Part shown: positions 25,501 to 40,500 of the stretch, piece by piece
How positions within the stretch are numbered: the first letter of the stretch is position 1
Layout of the letters: every line of letters begins with the position of its first letter
NCBI RefSeq assembly: GCF_009914755.1
Contig: NC_060941.1
From: the human T2T-CHM13v2.0 reference genome, Homo sapiens
Length of the DNA: 64,000 nt
Direction: 5' to 3' (one strand)
Made by a program: the position numbers and the translations under genes
Notes under the pieces: model-generated
Database searches by the model: none
The model's input: only the letters and a program-made list of their open reading frames with translations
What the model was told of the DNA's origin: nothing

Positions 25501-28500
25501 GAGCTGAACATTCCTTTGGATGGAGCAGTTTCGAAACACACTATTTGTAGAATGTGCAAGTGGATATTTGGGCCTCTCTGAGGATTTCGTTGGAAACGGG
25601 ATAAACCGCACAGAACTAAACAGAAGCATTCTCAGAACCTTCTTCGTGATGTTTGCATTCAACTCACAGTGTTGAACCTTTCTTTGATAGTTCAGGTTTG
25701 AAACGGTCTTTCTGTAGAAACTGCAAGTAGATATTTGGACCTCTCTGAGGATTTCGTTGGAAACGGGATAACCCGCACAGAACTAAAACAGAAGCATTCT
25801 CAGAACCCTCTTCGTGATGTTTGCATTCAACTCACAGTGCTGAACCTTTCTTTGATAGTTCAGCTTTGAAACACTCTTTTTGTAGAAACTGCAAGTGGAT
25901 ATTTGGTCCTCTCTGAGGATTTCGTTGGAAACGGGATAAACTGCACAGAACTAAACAGAAGCATTCTCAGAACCTTCTTCGTGATGTCTGCATTCAACTC
26001 ACAGTGTGGAACCTTTCTTTGATAGTTCAGGTTTGAAACACTCTTTTTGTAGAAACTGCAAGGGGATAATTGCACTCTTTGAGGAGTACCGTAGTAAAGG
26101 AAATAACTTCCTATAAAAAGAAGACAGAAGCTTTCTCAGAAAATTCTTTGGGATGATTGAGTTGAACTCACAGAGCTGAGCATTCCTTGCGATGTAGCAG
26201 TTTAGAAACACACTTTCTGCAGAATCTGCAAGTGCATATTTGGACCTCTGTGAGGAATTCGTTGGAAACGGGATAATTTCAGCTGACTAAACAGAAGCAG
26301 TCTCAGAATCTTCTTTGTGATGTTTGCATTCAAATCCCCGAGTTGAACTTTCCTTTCAAAGTTCACGTTTGAAACACTCTTTTTGCAGGATCTACAAGTG
26401 GATATTTGGACCACTCTGTGTCCTTCGTTCGAAACGGGTATATCTTCACATGACATCTAGACAGAAGCATCCTCAGAAGCTTCTCTGTGATGACTGCATT
26501 CAACTCACGGAGTTGAACACTCCTTTTGAGAGCGCAGTTTTGAAACTCTCTTTCTGTGGCATCTGCAAGGGGACATGTAGACCTCTTTGAAGATTTCGTT
26601 GGAAACGGAATCATCTTCACATAAAAACTATACAGATGCATTCTCAGGAACTTTTTGGTGATGTTTGTATTCAACTCCCAGAGTTGAACTTTCCTTTGGA
26701 AAGAGCAGCTATGAAACACTGTTTTTCTAGAATCTGCAAGTGGACGTTTGGAGGGCTTTGTGGTTTGTGGTGGAAAAGGAAATATCTTCACCTAAATACT
26801 AGATAGAAGCATTCTCAGAAACTGCTTTGTGATGATTGCATTCACCTCACAGAGTTGAACATTCCTATTGATAGAGCAGTTTGGAAACACTCTTGTTGTG
26901 GAATGTGCAAGTGGAGATTTGGAGCGCTTTGAGGCCTATGGTAGTAAAGGGAATAGCTTCATAGAAAAACTAGACAGAAGCATTCTCAGAAAATACTTTG
27001 TGATGATTGAGTTTAACTCACAGAGCTGAACATTCCTTTGGATGGAGCAGGTTTGAGACACACCTTTTGTAGAATCTACAAGTGGATATTTGGACCTCTC
27101 TGAGGATTTCGTTGGAAACGGGATAACTGCACCTAACTAAACGGAAGCATTCTCAGAAACTTCTTGGTGATGTTTGCATTCAAATCCCAGAGTTGAACCT
27201 TCCTTTGATAGTTCAGGTTTGAAACACTCTTTTTGTAGGATCTGCAAGTGGATATTTGGACCACTCTGTGGCCTTCGTTCGAAACGGGTATATCTTCGCA
27301 TAAAATCTAGACAGAAGCCTTCTCAGAAACTTCTCTGTGATGATTGCATTCAACTCACAGAGTTGAACCCTCCTATGGATAGAGCAGTGTTGAAACTCTC
27401 TTTTTGTGGAATCTGCAAGTGGATATGTGGACCTCTCCGAAGATGTCTTTGGAAACGGGAATATCTTCACATAAAAACTAAACAGAAGCATTCTCAGAAA
27501 CTTCTCTGTGATGTTTGTGTTCAACTCCCAGAGTTTCACATTGCTTTTCATAGAGTAGTTCTGAAACATGCTTTTCGTAGTGTCTACAAGTGGACATTTG
27601 GAGCGCTTTCAGGCCTGTGGTGGAAAACGAATTATGGTCACATAAAAACTGGAGAGAAGCATTGTCAGAAACTTCTTTGTGATGATTGCATTCAACTCAC
27701 AGAGTTGAAGGTTCCTTTTCAAAGAGCAGTTTCCAATCACTCTTTGTGTGGAATCTGCAAGTGGATATTTGGACCTATTTTGAAGATTTCGTTGGAAACG
27801 GGAGAATCTTCACAGGAAAGCTAAACAGAAGCATTCTCAGAAACTTCTTTGTGATGCTTGCATTCAACTCACAGAGTTGAACTTTCCTTTCGAGAGAGAA
27901 GCTTTGAAACACTCTTTTTCCAGAATCTGCAAGTGGACATTTGGAGGGCTTTGAGGCCTGTGGTGGAAAAGGAATTATCTTCCCGTAAAAGCTAGATAGA
28001 AGCATTCTCAGAAACTACTTTGTGATGATTGCATTCAAGTCACAGAGTTGAACATTCCCTTTGACAGAGCAGTTTGGAAACTCTCTTTGTGTAGAATCTG
28101 CAAGTGGAGATATGGACCGCTTTGAGGCCTATGGTAGTAAAGGAAATAGCTTCATATAAAAGCTAGACAGTAGCATTCACAGAAAACTCTTGGTGACGAC
28201 TGAGTTTAACTCACAGAGCTGAACATTCCTTTGGATGGAGCAGTTTCGAAACACACTATTTGTAGAATGTGCAAGTGGATATTTGGGCCTCTCTGAGGAT
28301 TTCGTTGGAAACGGGATAAACCGCACAGAACTAAACAGAAGCATTCTCAGAACCTTCTTCGTGATGTTTGCATTCAACTCACAGTGTTGAACCTTTCTTT
28401 GATAGTTCAGGTTTGAAACGGTCTTTCTGTAGAAACTGCAAGTAGATATTTGGACCTCTCTGAGGATTTCGTTGGAAACGGGATAACCCGCACAGAACTA

Positions 28501-31500
28501 AAACAGAAGCATTCTCAGAACCCTCTTCGTGATGTTTGCATTCAACTCACAGTGCTGAAACTTTCTTTGATAGTTCAGCTTTGAAACACTCTTTTTGTAG
28601 AAACTGCAAGTGGATATTTGGTGCTCTCTGAGCATTTCGTTGGAAACGGGATAAACTGCACAGAACTAAACAGAAGCATTCTCAGAACCTTCTTCGTGAT
28701 GTCTGCATTCAACTCACAGTGTGGAACCTTTCTTTGATAGTTCAGGTTTGAAACACTCTTTTTGTAGAAACTGCAAGGGGATAATTGCACTCTTTGAGGA
28801 GTACCGTAGTAAAGGAAATAACTTCCTATAAAAAGAAGACAGAAGCTTTCTCAGAAAATTCTTTGGGATGATTGAGTTGAACTCACAGAGCTGAGCATTC
28901 CTTGCGATGTAGCAGTTTAGAAACACACTTTCTGCAGAATCTGCAAGTGCATATTTGGACCTCTGTGAGGAATTCGTTGGAAACGGGATAATTTCAGCTG
29001 ACTAAACAGAAGCAGTCTCAGAATCTTCTTTGTGATGTTTGCATTCAAATCCCCGAGTTGAACTTTCCTTTCAAAGTTCACGTTTGAAACACTCTTTTTG
29101 CAGGATCTACAAGTGGATATTTGGACCACTCTGTGTCCTTCGTTCGAAACGGGTATATCTTCACATGACATCTAGACAGAAGCATCCTCAGAAGCTTCTC
29201 TGTGATGACTGCATTCAACTCACGGAGTTGAACACTCCTTTTGAGAGCGCAGTTTTGAAACTCTCTTTCTGTGGCATCTGCAAGGGGACATGTAGACCTC
29301 TTTGAAGATTTCATTGGAAACGGAATCATCTTCACATAAAAACTATACAGATGCATTCTCAGGAACTTTTTGGTGATGTTTGTATTCAACTCCCAGAGTT
29401 GAACTTTCCTTTGGAAAGAGCAGCTATGAAACACTCTTTTTCTAGAATCTGCAAGTGGACGTTTGGAGGGCTTTGTGGTTTGTGGTGGAAAAGGAAATAT
29501 CTTCACCTAAATACTAGATAGAAGCATTCTCAGAAACTGCTTTGTGATGATTGCATTCACCTCACAGAGTTGAACATTCCTATTGATAGAGCAGTTTGGA
29601 AACACTCTTGTTGTGGAATGTGCAAGTGGAGATTTGGAGCGCTTTGAGGCCTATGGTAGTAAAGGGAATAGCTTCATAGAAAAACTAGACAGAAGCATTC
29701 TCAGAAAATACTTTGTGATGATTGAGTTTAACTCACAGAGCTGAACATTCCTTTGGATGGAGCAGGTTTGAGACACACCTTTTGTAGAATCTACAAGTGG
29801 ATATTTGGACCTCTCTGAGGATTTCGTTGGAAACGGGATAACTGCACCTAACTAAACGGAAGCATTCTCAGAAACTTCTTGGTGATGTTTGCATTCAAAT
29901 CCCAGAGTTGAACCTTCCTTTGATAGTTCAGGTTTGAAACACTCTTTTTGTAGGATCTGCAAGTGGATATTTGGACCACTCTGTGGCCTTCGTTCGAAAC
30001 GGGTATATCTTCGCATAAAATCTAGACAGAAGCCTTCTCAGAAACTTCTCTGTGATGATTGCATTCAACTCACAGAGTTGAACCCTCCTATGGATAGAGC
30101 AGTGTTGAAACTCTCTTTTTGTGGAATCTGCAAGTGGATATGTGGACCTCTCCGAAGATGTCTTTGGAAACGGGAATATCTTCACATAAAAACTAAACAG
30201 AAGCATTCTCAGAAACTTCTCTGTGATGTTTGTGTTCAACTCCCAGAGTTTCACATTGCTTTTCATAGAGTAGTTCTGAAACATGCTTTTCGTAGTGTCT
30301 ACAAGTGGACATTTGGAGCGCTTTCAGGCCTGTGGTGGAAAACGAATTATGGTCACATAAAAACTGGAGAGAAGCATTGTCAGAAACTTCTTTGTGATGA
30401 TTGCATTCAACTCACAGAGTTGAAGGTTCCTTTTCAAAGAGCAGTTTCCAATCACTCTTTGTGTGGAATCTGCAAGTGGATATTTGGACCTATTTTGAAG
30501 ATTTCGTTGGAAACGGGAGAATCTTCACAGGAAAGCTAAACAGAAGCATTCTCAGAAACTTCTTTGTGATGCTTGCATTCAACTCACAGAGTTGAACTTT
30601 CCTTTCGAGAGAGAAGCTTTGAAACACTCTTTTTCCAGAATCTGCAAGTGGACATTTGGAGGGCTTTGAGGCCTGTGGTGGAAAAGGAATTATCTTCCCG
30701 TAAAAGCTAGATAGAAGCATTCTCAGAAACTACTTTGTGATGATTGCATTCAAGTCACAGAGTTGAACATTCCCTTTGACAGAGCAGTTTGGAAACTCTC
30801 TTTGTGTAGAATCTGCAAGTGGAGATATGGACCGCTTTGAGGCCTATGGTAGTAAAGGAAATAGCTTCATATAAAAGCTAGACAGTAGCATTCACAGAAA
30901 ACTCTTGGTGACGACTGAGTTTAACTCACAGAGCTGAACATTCCTTTGGATGGAGCAGTTTCGAAACACACTATTTGTAGAATGTGCAAGTGGATATTTG
31001 GGCCTCTCTGAGGATTTCGTTGGAAACGGGATAAACCGCACAGAACTAAACAGAAGCATTCTCAGAACCTTCTTCGTGATGTTTGCATTCAACTCACAGT
31101 GTTGAACCTTTCTTTGATAGTTCAGGTTTGAAACGGTCTTTCTGTAGAAACTGCAAGTAGATATTTGGACCGCTCTGAGGATTTCGTTGGAAACGGGATA
31201 ACCCGCACAGAACTAAAACAGAAGCATTCTCAGAACCCTCTTCGTGATGTTTGCATTCAACTCACAGTGCTGAACCTTTCTTTGATAGTTCAGCTTTGAA
31301 ACACTCTTTTTGTAGAAACTGCAAGTGGATATTTGGTCCTCTCTGAGGATTTCGTTGGAAACGGGATAAACTGCACAGAACTAAACAGAAGCATTCTCAG
31401 AACCTTCTTCGTGATGTCTGCATTCAACTCACAGTGTGGAACCTTTCTTTGATAGTTCAGGTTTGAAACACTCTTTTTGTAGAAACTGCAAGGGGATAAT

Positions 31501-34500
31501 TGCACTCTTTGAGGAGTACCGTAATAAAGGAAATAACTTCCTATAAAAAGAAGACAGAAGCTTTCTCAGAAAATTCTTTGGGATGATTGAGTTGAACTCA
31601 CAGAGCTGAGCATTCCTTGCGATGTAGCAGTTTAGAAACACACTTTCTGCAGAATCTGCAAGTGCATATTTGGACCTCTGTGAGGAATTCGTTGGAAACG
31701 GGATAATTTCAGCTGACTAAACAGAAGCAGTCTCAGAATCTTCTTTGTGATGTTTGCATTCAAATCCCCGAGTTGAACTTTTCTTTCAAAGTTCACGTTT
31801 GAAACACTCTTTTTGCAGGATCTACAAGTGGATATTTGGACCACTCTGTGTCCTTCGTTCGAAACGGGTATATCTTCACATGACATCCAGACAGAAGCAT
31901 CCTCAGAAGCTTCTCTGTGATGACTGCATTCAACTCACGGAGTTGAACACTCCTTTTGAGAGCGCAGTTTTGAAACTCTCTTTCTGTGGCATCTGCAAGG
32001 GGACATGTAGACCTCTTTGAAGATTTCGTTGGAAACGGAATCATCTTCACATAAAAACTATACAGATGCATTCTCAGGAACTTTTTGGTGATGTTTGTAT
32101 TCAACTCCCAGAGTTGAACTTTCCTTTGGAAAGAGCAGCTATGAAACACTCTTTTTCTAGAATCTGCAAGTGGACGTTTGGAGGGCTTTGTGGTTTGTGG
32201 TGGAAAAGGAAATATCTTCACCTAAATACTAGATAGAAGCATTCTCAGAAACTGCTTTGTGATGATTGCATTCACCTCACAGAGTTGAACATTCCTATTG
32301 ATAGAGCAGTTTGGAAACACTCTTGTTGTGGAATGTGCAAGTGGAGATTTGGAGCGCTTTGAGGCCTATGGTAGTAAAGGGAATAGCTTCATAGAAAAAC
32401 TAGACAGAAGCATTCTCAGAAAATACTTTGTGATGATTGAGTTTAACTCACAGAGCTGAACATTCCTTTGGATGGAGCAGGTTTGAGACACACCTTTTGT
32501 AGAATCTACAAGTGGATATTTGGACCTCTCTGAGGATTTCGTTGGAAACGGGATAACTGCACCTAACTAAACGGAAGCATTCTCAGAAACTTCTTGGTGA
32601 TGTTTGCATTCAAATCCCAGAGTTGAACCTTCCTTTGATAGTTCAGGTTTGAAACACTCTTTTTGTAGGATCTGCAAGTGGATATTTGGACCACTCTGTG
32701 GCCTTCGTTCGAAACGGGTATATCTTCGCATAAAATCTAGACAGAAGCCTTCTCAGAAACTTCTCTGTGATGATTGCATTCAACTCACAGAGTTGAACCC
32801 TCCTATGGATAGAGCAGTGTTGAAACTCTCTTTTTGTGGAATCTGCAAGTGGATATGTGGACCTCTCCGAAGATGTCTTTGGAAACGGGAATATCTTCAC
32901 ATAAAAACTAAACAGAAGCATTCTCAGAAACTTCTCTGTGATGTTTGTGTTCAACTCCCAGAGTTTCACATTGCTTTTCATAGAGTAGTTCTGAAACATG
33001 CTTTTCGTAGTGTCTACAAGTGGACATTTGGAGCGCTTTCAGGCCTGTGGTGGAAAACGAATTATGGTCACATAAAAACTGGAGAGAAGCATTGTCAGAA
33101 ACTTCTTTGTGATGATTGCATTCAACTCACAGAGTTGAAGGTTCCTTTTCAAAGAGCAGTTTCCAATCACTCTTTGTGTGGAATCTGCAAGTGGATATTT
33201 GGACCTATTTTGAAGATTTCGTTGGAAACGGGAGAATCTTCACAGGAAAGCTAAACAGAAGCATTCTCAGAAACTTCTTTGTGATGCTTGCATTCAACTC
33301 ACAGAGTTGAACTTTCCTTTCGAGAGAGAAGCTTTGAAACACTCTTTTTCCAGAATCTGCAAGTGGACATTTGGAGGGCTTTGAGGCCTGTGGTGGAAAA
33401 GGAATTATCTTCCCGTAAAAGCTAGATAGAAGCATTCTCAGAAACTACTTTGTGATGATTGCATTCAAGTCACAGAGTTGAACATTCCCTTTGACAGAGC
33501 AGTTTGGAAACTCTCTTTGTGTAGAATCTGCAAGTGGAGATATGGACCGCTTTGAGGCCTATGGTAATAAAGGAAATAGCTTCATATAAAAGCTAGACAG
33601 TAGCATTCACAGAAAACTCTTGGTGACGACTGAGTTTAACTCACAGAGCTGAACATTCCTTTGGATGGAGCAGTTTCGAAACACACTATTTGTAGAATGT
33701 GCAAGTGGATATTTGGGCCTCTCTGAGGATTTCGTTGGAAACGGGATAAACCGCACAGAACTAAACAGAAGCATTCTCAGAACCTTCTTCGTGATGTTTG
33801 CATTCAACTCACAGTGTTGAACCTTTCTTTGATAGTTCAGGTTTGAAACGGTCTTTCTGTAGAAACTGCAAGTAGATATTTGGACCTCTCTGAGGATTTC
33901 GTTGGAAACGGGATAACCCGCACAGAACTAAAACAGAAGCATTCTCAGAACCCTCTTCGTGATGTTTGCATTCAACTCACAGTGCTGAACCTTTCTTTGA
34001 TAGTTCAGCTTTGAAACACTCTTTTTGTAGAAACTGCAAGTGGATATTTGGTCCTCTCTGAGGATTTCGTTGGAAACGGGATAAACTGCACAGAACTAAA
34101 CAGAAGCATTCTCAGAACCTTCTTCGTGATGTCTGCATTCAACTCACAGTGTGGAACCTTTCTTTGATAGTTCAGGTTTGAAACACTCTTTTTGTAGAAA
34201 CTGCAAGGGGATAATTGCACTCTTTGAGGAGTACCGTAGTAAAGGAAATAACTTCCTATAAAAAGAAGACAGAAGCTTTCTCAGAAAATTCTTTGGGATG
34301 ATTGAGTTGAACTCACAGAGCTGAGCATTCCTTGCGATGTAGCAGTTTAGAAACACACTTTCTGCAGAATCTGCAAGTGCATATTTGGACCTCTGTGAGG
34401 AATTCGTTGGAAACGGGATAATTTCAGCTGACTAAACAGAAGCAGTCTCAGAATCTTCTTTGTGATGTTTGCATTCAAATCCCCGAGTTGAACTTTTCTT

Positions 34501-37500
34501 TCAAAGTTCACGTTTGAAACACTCTTTTTGCAGGATCTACAAGTGGATATTTGGACCACTCTGTGTCCTTCGTTCGAAACGGGTATATCTTCACATGACA
34601 TCCAGACAGAAGCATCCTCAGAAGCTTCTCTGTGATGACTGCATTCAACTCACGGAGTTGAACACTCCTTTTGAGAGCGCAGTTTTGAAACTCTCTTTCT
34701 GTGGCATCTGCAAGGGGACATGTAGACCTCTTTGAAGATTTCGTTGGAAACGGAATCATCTTCACATAAAAACTATACAGATGCATTCTCAGGAACTTTT
34801 TGGTGATGTTTGTATTCAACTCCCAGAGTTGAACTTTCCTTTGGAAAGAGCAGCTATGAAACACTCTTTTTCTAGAATCTGCAAGTGGACGTTTGGAGGG
34901 CTTTGTGGTTTGTGGTGGAAAAGGAAATATCTTCACCTAAATACTAGATAGAAGCATTCTCAGAAACTGCTTTGTGATGATTGCATTCACCTCACAGAGT
35001 TGAACATTCCTATTGATAGAGCAGTTTGGAAACACTCTTGTTGTGGAATGTGCAAGTGGAGATTTGGAGCGCTTTGAGGCCTATGGTAGTAAAGGGAATA
35101 GCTTCATAGAAAAACTAGACAGAAGCATTCTCAGAAAATACTTTGTGATGATTGAGTTTAACTCACAGAGCTGAACATTCCTTTGGATGGAGCAGGTTTG
35201 AGACACACCTTTTGTAGAATCTACAAGTGGATATTTGGACCTCTCTGAGGATTTCGTTGGAAACGGGATAACTGCACCTAACTAAACGGAAGCATTCTCA
35301 GAAACTTCTTGGTGATGTTTGCATTCAAATCCCAGAGTTGAACCTTCCTTTGATAGTTCAGGTTTGAAACACTCTTTTTGTAGGATCTGCAAGTGGATAT
35401 TTGGACCACTCTGTGGCCTTCGTTCGAAACGGGTATATCTTCGCATAAAATCTAGACAGAAGCCTTCTCAGAAACTTCTCTGTGATGATTGCATTCAACT
35501 CACAGAGTTGAACCCTCCTATGGATAGAGCAGTGTTGAAACTCTCTTTTTGTGGAATCTGCAAGTGGATATGTGGACCTCTCCGAAGATGTCTTTGGAAA
35601 CGGGAATATCTTCACATAAAAACTAAACAGAAGCATTCTCAGAAACTTCTCTGTGATGTTTGTGTTCAACTCCCAGAGTTTCACATTGCTTTTCATAGAG
35701 TAGTTCTGAAACATGCTTTTCGTAGTGTCTACAAGTGGACATTTGGAGCGCTTTCAGGCCTGTGGTGGAAAACGAATTATGGTCACATAAAAACTGGAGA
35801 GAAGCATTGTCAGAAACTTCTTTGTGATGATTGCATTCAACTCACAGAGTTGAAGGTTCCTTTTCAAAGAGCAGTTTCCAATCGCTCTTTGTGTGGAATC
35901 TGCAAGTGGATATTCGGACCTATTTTGAAGATTTCGTTGGAAACGGGAGAATCTTCACAGGAAAGCTAAACAGAAGCATTCTCAGAAACTTCTTTGTGAT
36001 GCTTGCATTCAACTCACAGAGTTGAACTTTCCTTTCGAGAGAGAAGCTTTGAAACACTCTTTTTCCAGAATCTGCAAGTGGACATTTGGAGGGCTTTGAG
36101 GCCTGTGGTGGAAAAGGAATTATCTTCCCGTAAAAGCTAGATAGAAGCATTCTCAGAAACTACTTTGTGATGATTGCATTCAAGTCACAGAGTTGAACAT
36201 TCCCTTTGACAGAGCAGTTTGGAAACTCTCTTTGTGTAGAATCTGCAAGTGGAGATATGGACCGCTTTGAGGCCTATGGTAGTAAAGGAAATAGCTTCAT
36301 ATAAAAGCTAGACAGTAGCATTCACAGAAAACTCTTGGTGACGACTGAGTTTAACTCACAGAGCTGAACATTCCTTTGGATGGAGCAGTTTCGAAACACA
36401 CTATTTGTAGAATGTGCAAGTGGATATTTGGGCCTCTCTGAGGATTTCGTTGGAAACGGGATAAACCGCACAGAACTAAACAGAAGCATTCTCAGAACCT
36501 TCTTCGTGATGTTTGCATTCAACTCACAGTGTTGAACCTTTCTTTGATAGTTCAGGTTTGAAACGGTCTTTCTGTAGAAACTGCAAGTAGATATTTGGAC
36601 CTCTCTGAGGATTTCGTTGGAAACGGGATAACCCGCACAGAACTAAAACAGAAGCATTCTCAGAACCCTCTTCGTGATGTTTGCATTCAACTCACAGTGC
36701 TGAACCTTTCTTTGATAGTTCAGCTTTGAAACACTCTTTTTGTAGAAACTGCAAGTGGATATTTGGTCCTCTCTGAGGATTTCGTTGGAAACGGGATAAA
36801 CTGCACAGAACTAAACAGAAGCATTCTCAGAACCTTCTTCGTGATGTCTGCATTCAACTCACAGTGTGGAACCTTTCTTTGATAGTTCAGGTTTGAAACA
36901 CTCTTTTTGTAGAAACTGCAAGGGGATAATTGCACTCTTTGAGGAGTACCGTAGTAAAGGAAATAACTTCCTATAAAAAGAAGACAGAAGCTTTCTCAGA
37001 AAATTCTTTGGGATGATTGAGTTGAACTCACAGAGCTGAGCATTCCTTGCGATGTAGCAGTTTAGAAACACACTTTCTGCAGAATCTGCAAGTGCATATT
37101 TGGACCTCTGTGAGGAATTCGTTGGAAACGGGATAATTTCAGCTGACTAAACAGAAGCAGTCTCAGAATCTTCTTTGTGATGTTTGCATTCAAATCCCCG
37201 AGTTGAACTTTCCTTTCAAAGTTCACGTTTGAAACACTCTTTTTGCAGGATCTACAAGTGGATATTTGGACCACTCTGTGTCCTTCGTTCGAAACGGGTA
37301 TATCTTCACATGACATCCAGACAGAAGCATCCTCAGAAGCTTCTCTGTGATGACTGCATTCAACTCACGGAGTTGAACACTCCTTTTGAGAGCGCAGTTT
37401 TGAAACTCTCTTTCTGTGGCATCTGCAAGGGGACATGTAGACGTCTTTGAAGATTTCGTTGGAAACGGAATCATCTTCACATAAAAACTATACAGATGCA

Positions 37501-40500
37501 TTCTCAGGAACTTTTTGGTGATGTTTGTATTCAACTCCCAGAGTTGAACTTTCCTTTGGAAAGAGCAGCTATGAAACACTCTTTTTCTAGAATCTGCAAG
37601 TGGACGTTTGGAGGGCTTTGTGGTTTGTGGTGGAAAAGGAAATATCTTCACCTAAATACTAGATAGAAGCATTCTCAGAAACTGCTTTGTGATGATTGCA
37701 TTCACCTCACAGAGTTGAACATTCCTATTGATAGAGCAGTTTGGAAACACTCTTGTTGTGGAATGTGCAAGTGGAGATTTGGAGCGCTTTGAGGCCTATG
37801 GTAGTAAAGGGAATAGCTTCATAGAAAAACTAGACAGAAGCATTCTCAGAAAATACTTTGTGATGATTGAGTTTAACTCACAGAGCTGAACATTCCTTTG
37901 GATGGAGCAGGTTTGAGACACACCTTTTGTAGAATCTACAAGTGGATATTTGGACCTCTCTGAGGATTTCGTTGGAAACGGGATAACTGCACCTAACTAA
38001 ACGGAAGCATTCTCAGAAACTTCTTGGTGATGTTTGCATTCAAATCCCAGAGTTGAACCTTCCTTTGATAGTTCAGGTTTGAAACACTCTTTTTGTAGGA
38101 TCTGCAAGTGGATATTTGGACCACTCTGTGGCCTTCGTTCGAAACGGGTATATCTTCGCATAAAATCTAGACAGAAGCCTTCTCAGAAACTTCTCTGTGA
38201 TGATTGCATTCAACTCACAGAGTTGAACCCTCCTATGGATAGAGCAGTGTTGAAACTCTCTTTTTGTGGAATCTGCAAGTGGATATGTGGACCTCTCCGA
38301 AGATGTCTTTGGAAACGGGAATATCTTCACATAAAAACTAAACAGAAGCATTCTCAGAAACTTCTCTGTGATGTTTGTGTTCAACTCCCAGAGTTTCACA
38401 TTGCTTTTCATAGAGTAGTTCTGAAACATGCTTTTCGTAGTGTCTACAAGTGGACATTTGGAGCGCTTTCAGGCCTGTGGTGGAAAACGAATTATGGTCA
38501 CATAAAAACTGGAGAGAAGCATTGTCAGAAACTTCTTTGTGATGATTGCATTCAACTCACAGAGTTGAAGGTTCCTTTTCAAAGAGCAGTTTCCAATCAC
38601 TCTTTGTGTGGAATCTGCAAGTGGATATTCGGACCTATTTTGAAGATTTCGTTGGAAACGGGAGAATCTTCACAGGAAAGCTAAACAGAAGCATTCTCAG
38701 AAACTTCTTTGTGATGCTTGCATTCAACTCACAGAGTTGAACTTTCCTTTCGAGAGAGAAGCTTTGAAACACTCTTTTTCCAGAATCTGCAAGTGGACAT
38801 TTGGAGGGCTTTGAGGCCTGTGGTGGAAAAGGAATTATCTTCCCGTAAAAGCTAGATAGAAGCATTCTCAGAAACTACTTTGTGATGATTGCATTCAAGT
38901 CACAGAGTTGAACATTCCCTTTGACAGAGCAGTTTGGAAACTCTCTTTGTGTAGAATCTGCAAGTGGAGATATGGACCGCTTTGAGGCCTATGGTAGTAA
39001 AGGAAATAGCTTCATATAAAAGCTAGACAGTAGCATTCACAGAAAACTCTTGGTGACGACTGAGTTTAACTCACAGAGCTGAACATTCCTTTGGATGGAG
39101 CAGTTTCGAAACACACTATTTGTAGAATGCGCAAGTGGATATTTGGGCCTCTCTGAGGATTTCGTTGGAAACGGGATAAACCGCACAGAACTAAACAGAA
39201 GCATTCTCAGAACCTTCTTCGTGATGTTTGCATTCAACTCACAGTGTTGAACCTTTCTTTGATAGTTCAGGTTTGAAACGGTCTTTCTGTAGAAACTGCA
39301 AGTAGATATTTGGACCTCTCTGAGGATTTCGTTGGAAACGGGATAACCCGCACAGAACTAAAACAGAAGCATTCTCAGAACCCTCTTCGTGATGTTTGCA
39401 TTCAACTCACAGTGCTGAACCTTTCTTTGATAGTTCAGCTTTGAAACACTCTTTTTGTAGAAACTGCAAGTGGATATTTGGTCCTCTCTGAGGATTTCGT
39501 TGGAAACGGGATAAACTGCACAGAACTAAACAGAAGCATTCTCAGAACCTTCTTCGTGATGTCTGCATTCAACTCACAGTGTGGAACCTTTCTTTGATAG
39601 TTCAGGTTTGAAACACTCTTTTTGTAGAAACTGCAAGGGGATAATTGCACTCTTTGAGGAGTACCGTAGTAAAGGAAATAACTTCCTATAAAAAGAAGAC
39701 AGAAGCTTTCTCAGAAAATTCTTTGGGATGATTGAGTTGAACTCACAGAGCTGAGCATTCCTTGCGATGTAGCAGTTTAGAAACACACTTTCTGCAGAAT
39801 CTGCAAGTGCATATTTGGACCTCTGTGAGGAATTCGTTGGAAACGGGATAATTTCAGCTGACTAAACAGAAGCAGTCTCAGAATCTTCTTTGTGATGTTT
39901 GCATTCAAATCCCCGAGTTGAACTTTCCTTTCAAAGTTCACGTTTGAAACACTCTTTTTGCAGGATCTACAAGTGGATATTTGGACCACTCTGTGTCCTT
40001 CGTTCGAAACGGGTATATCTTCACATGACATCCAGACAGAAGCATCCTCAGAAGCTTCTCTGTGATGACTGCATTCAACTCACGGAGTTGAACACTCCTT
40101 TTGAGAGCGCAGTTTTGAAACTCTCTTTCTGTGGCATCTGCAAGGGGACATGTAGACCTCTTTGAAGATTTCGTTGGAAACGGAATCATCTTCACATAAA
40201 AACTATACAGATGCATTCTCAGGAACTTTTTGGTGATGTTTGTATTCAACTCCCAGAGTTGAACTTTCCTTTGGAAAGAGCAGCTATGAAACACTCTTTT
40301 TCTAGAATCTGCAAGTGGACGTTTGGAGGGCTTTGTGGTTTGTGGTGGAAAAGGAAATATCTTCACCTAAATACTAGATAGAAGCATTCTCAGAAACTGC
40401 TTTGTGATGATTGCATTCACCTCACAGAGTTGAACATTCCTATTGATAGAGCAGTTTGGAAACACTCTTGTTGTGGAATGTGCAAGTGGAGATTTGGAGC

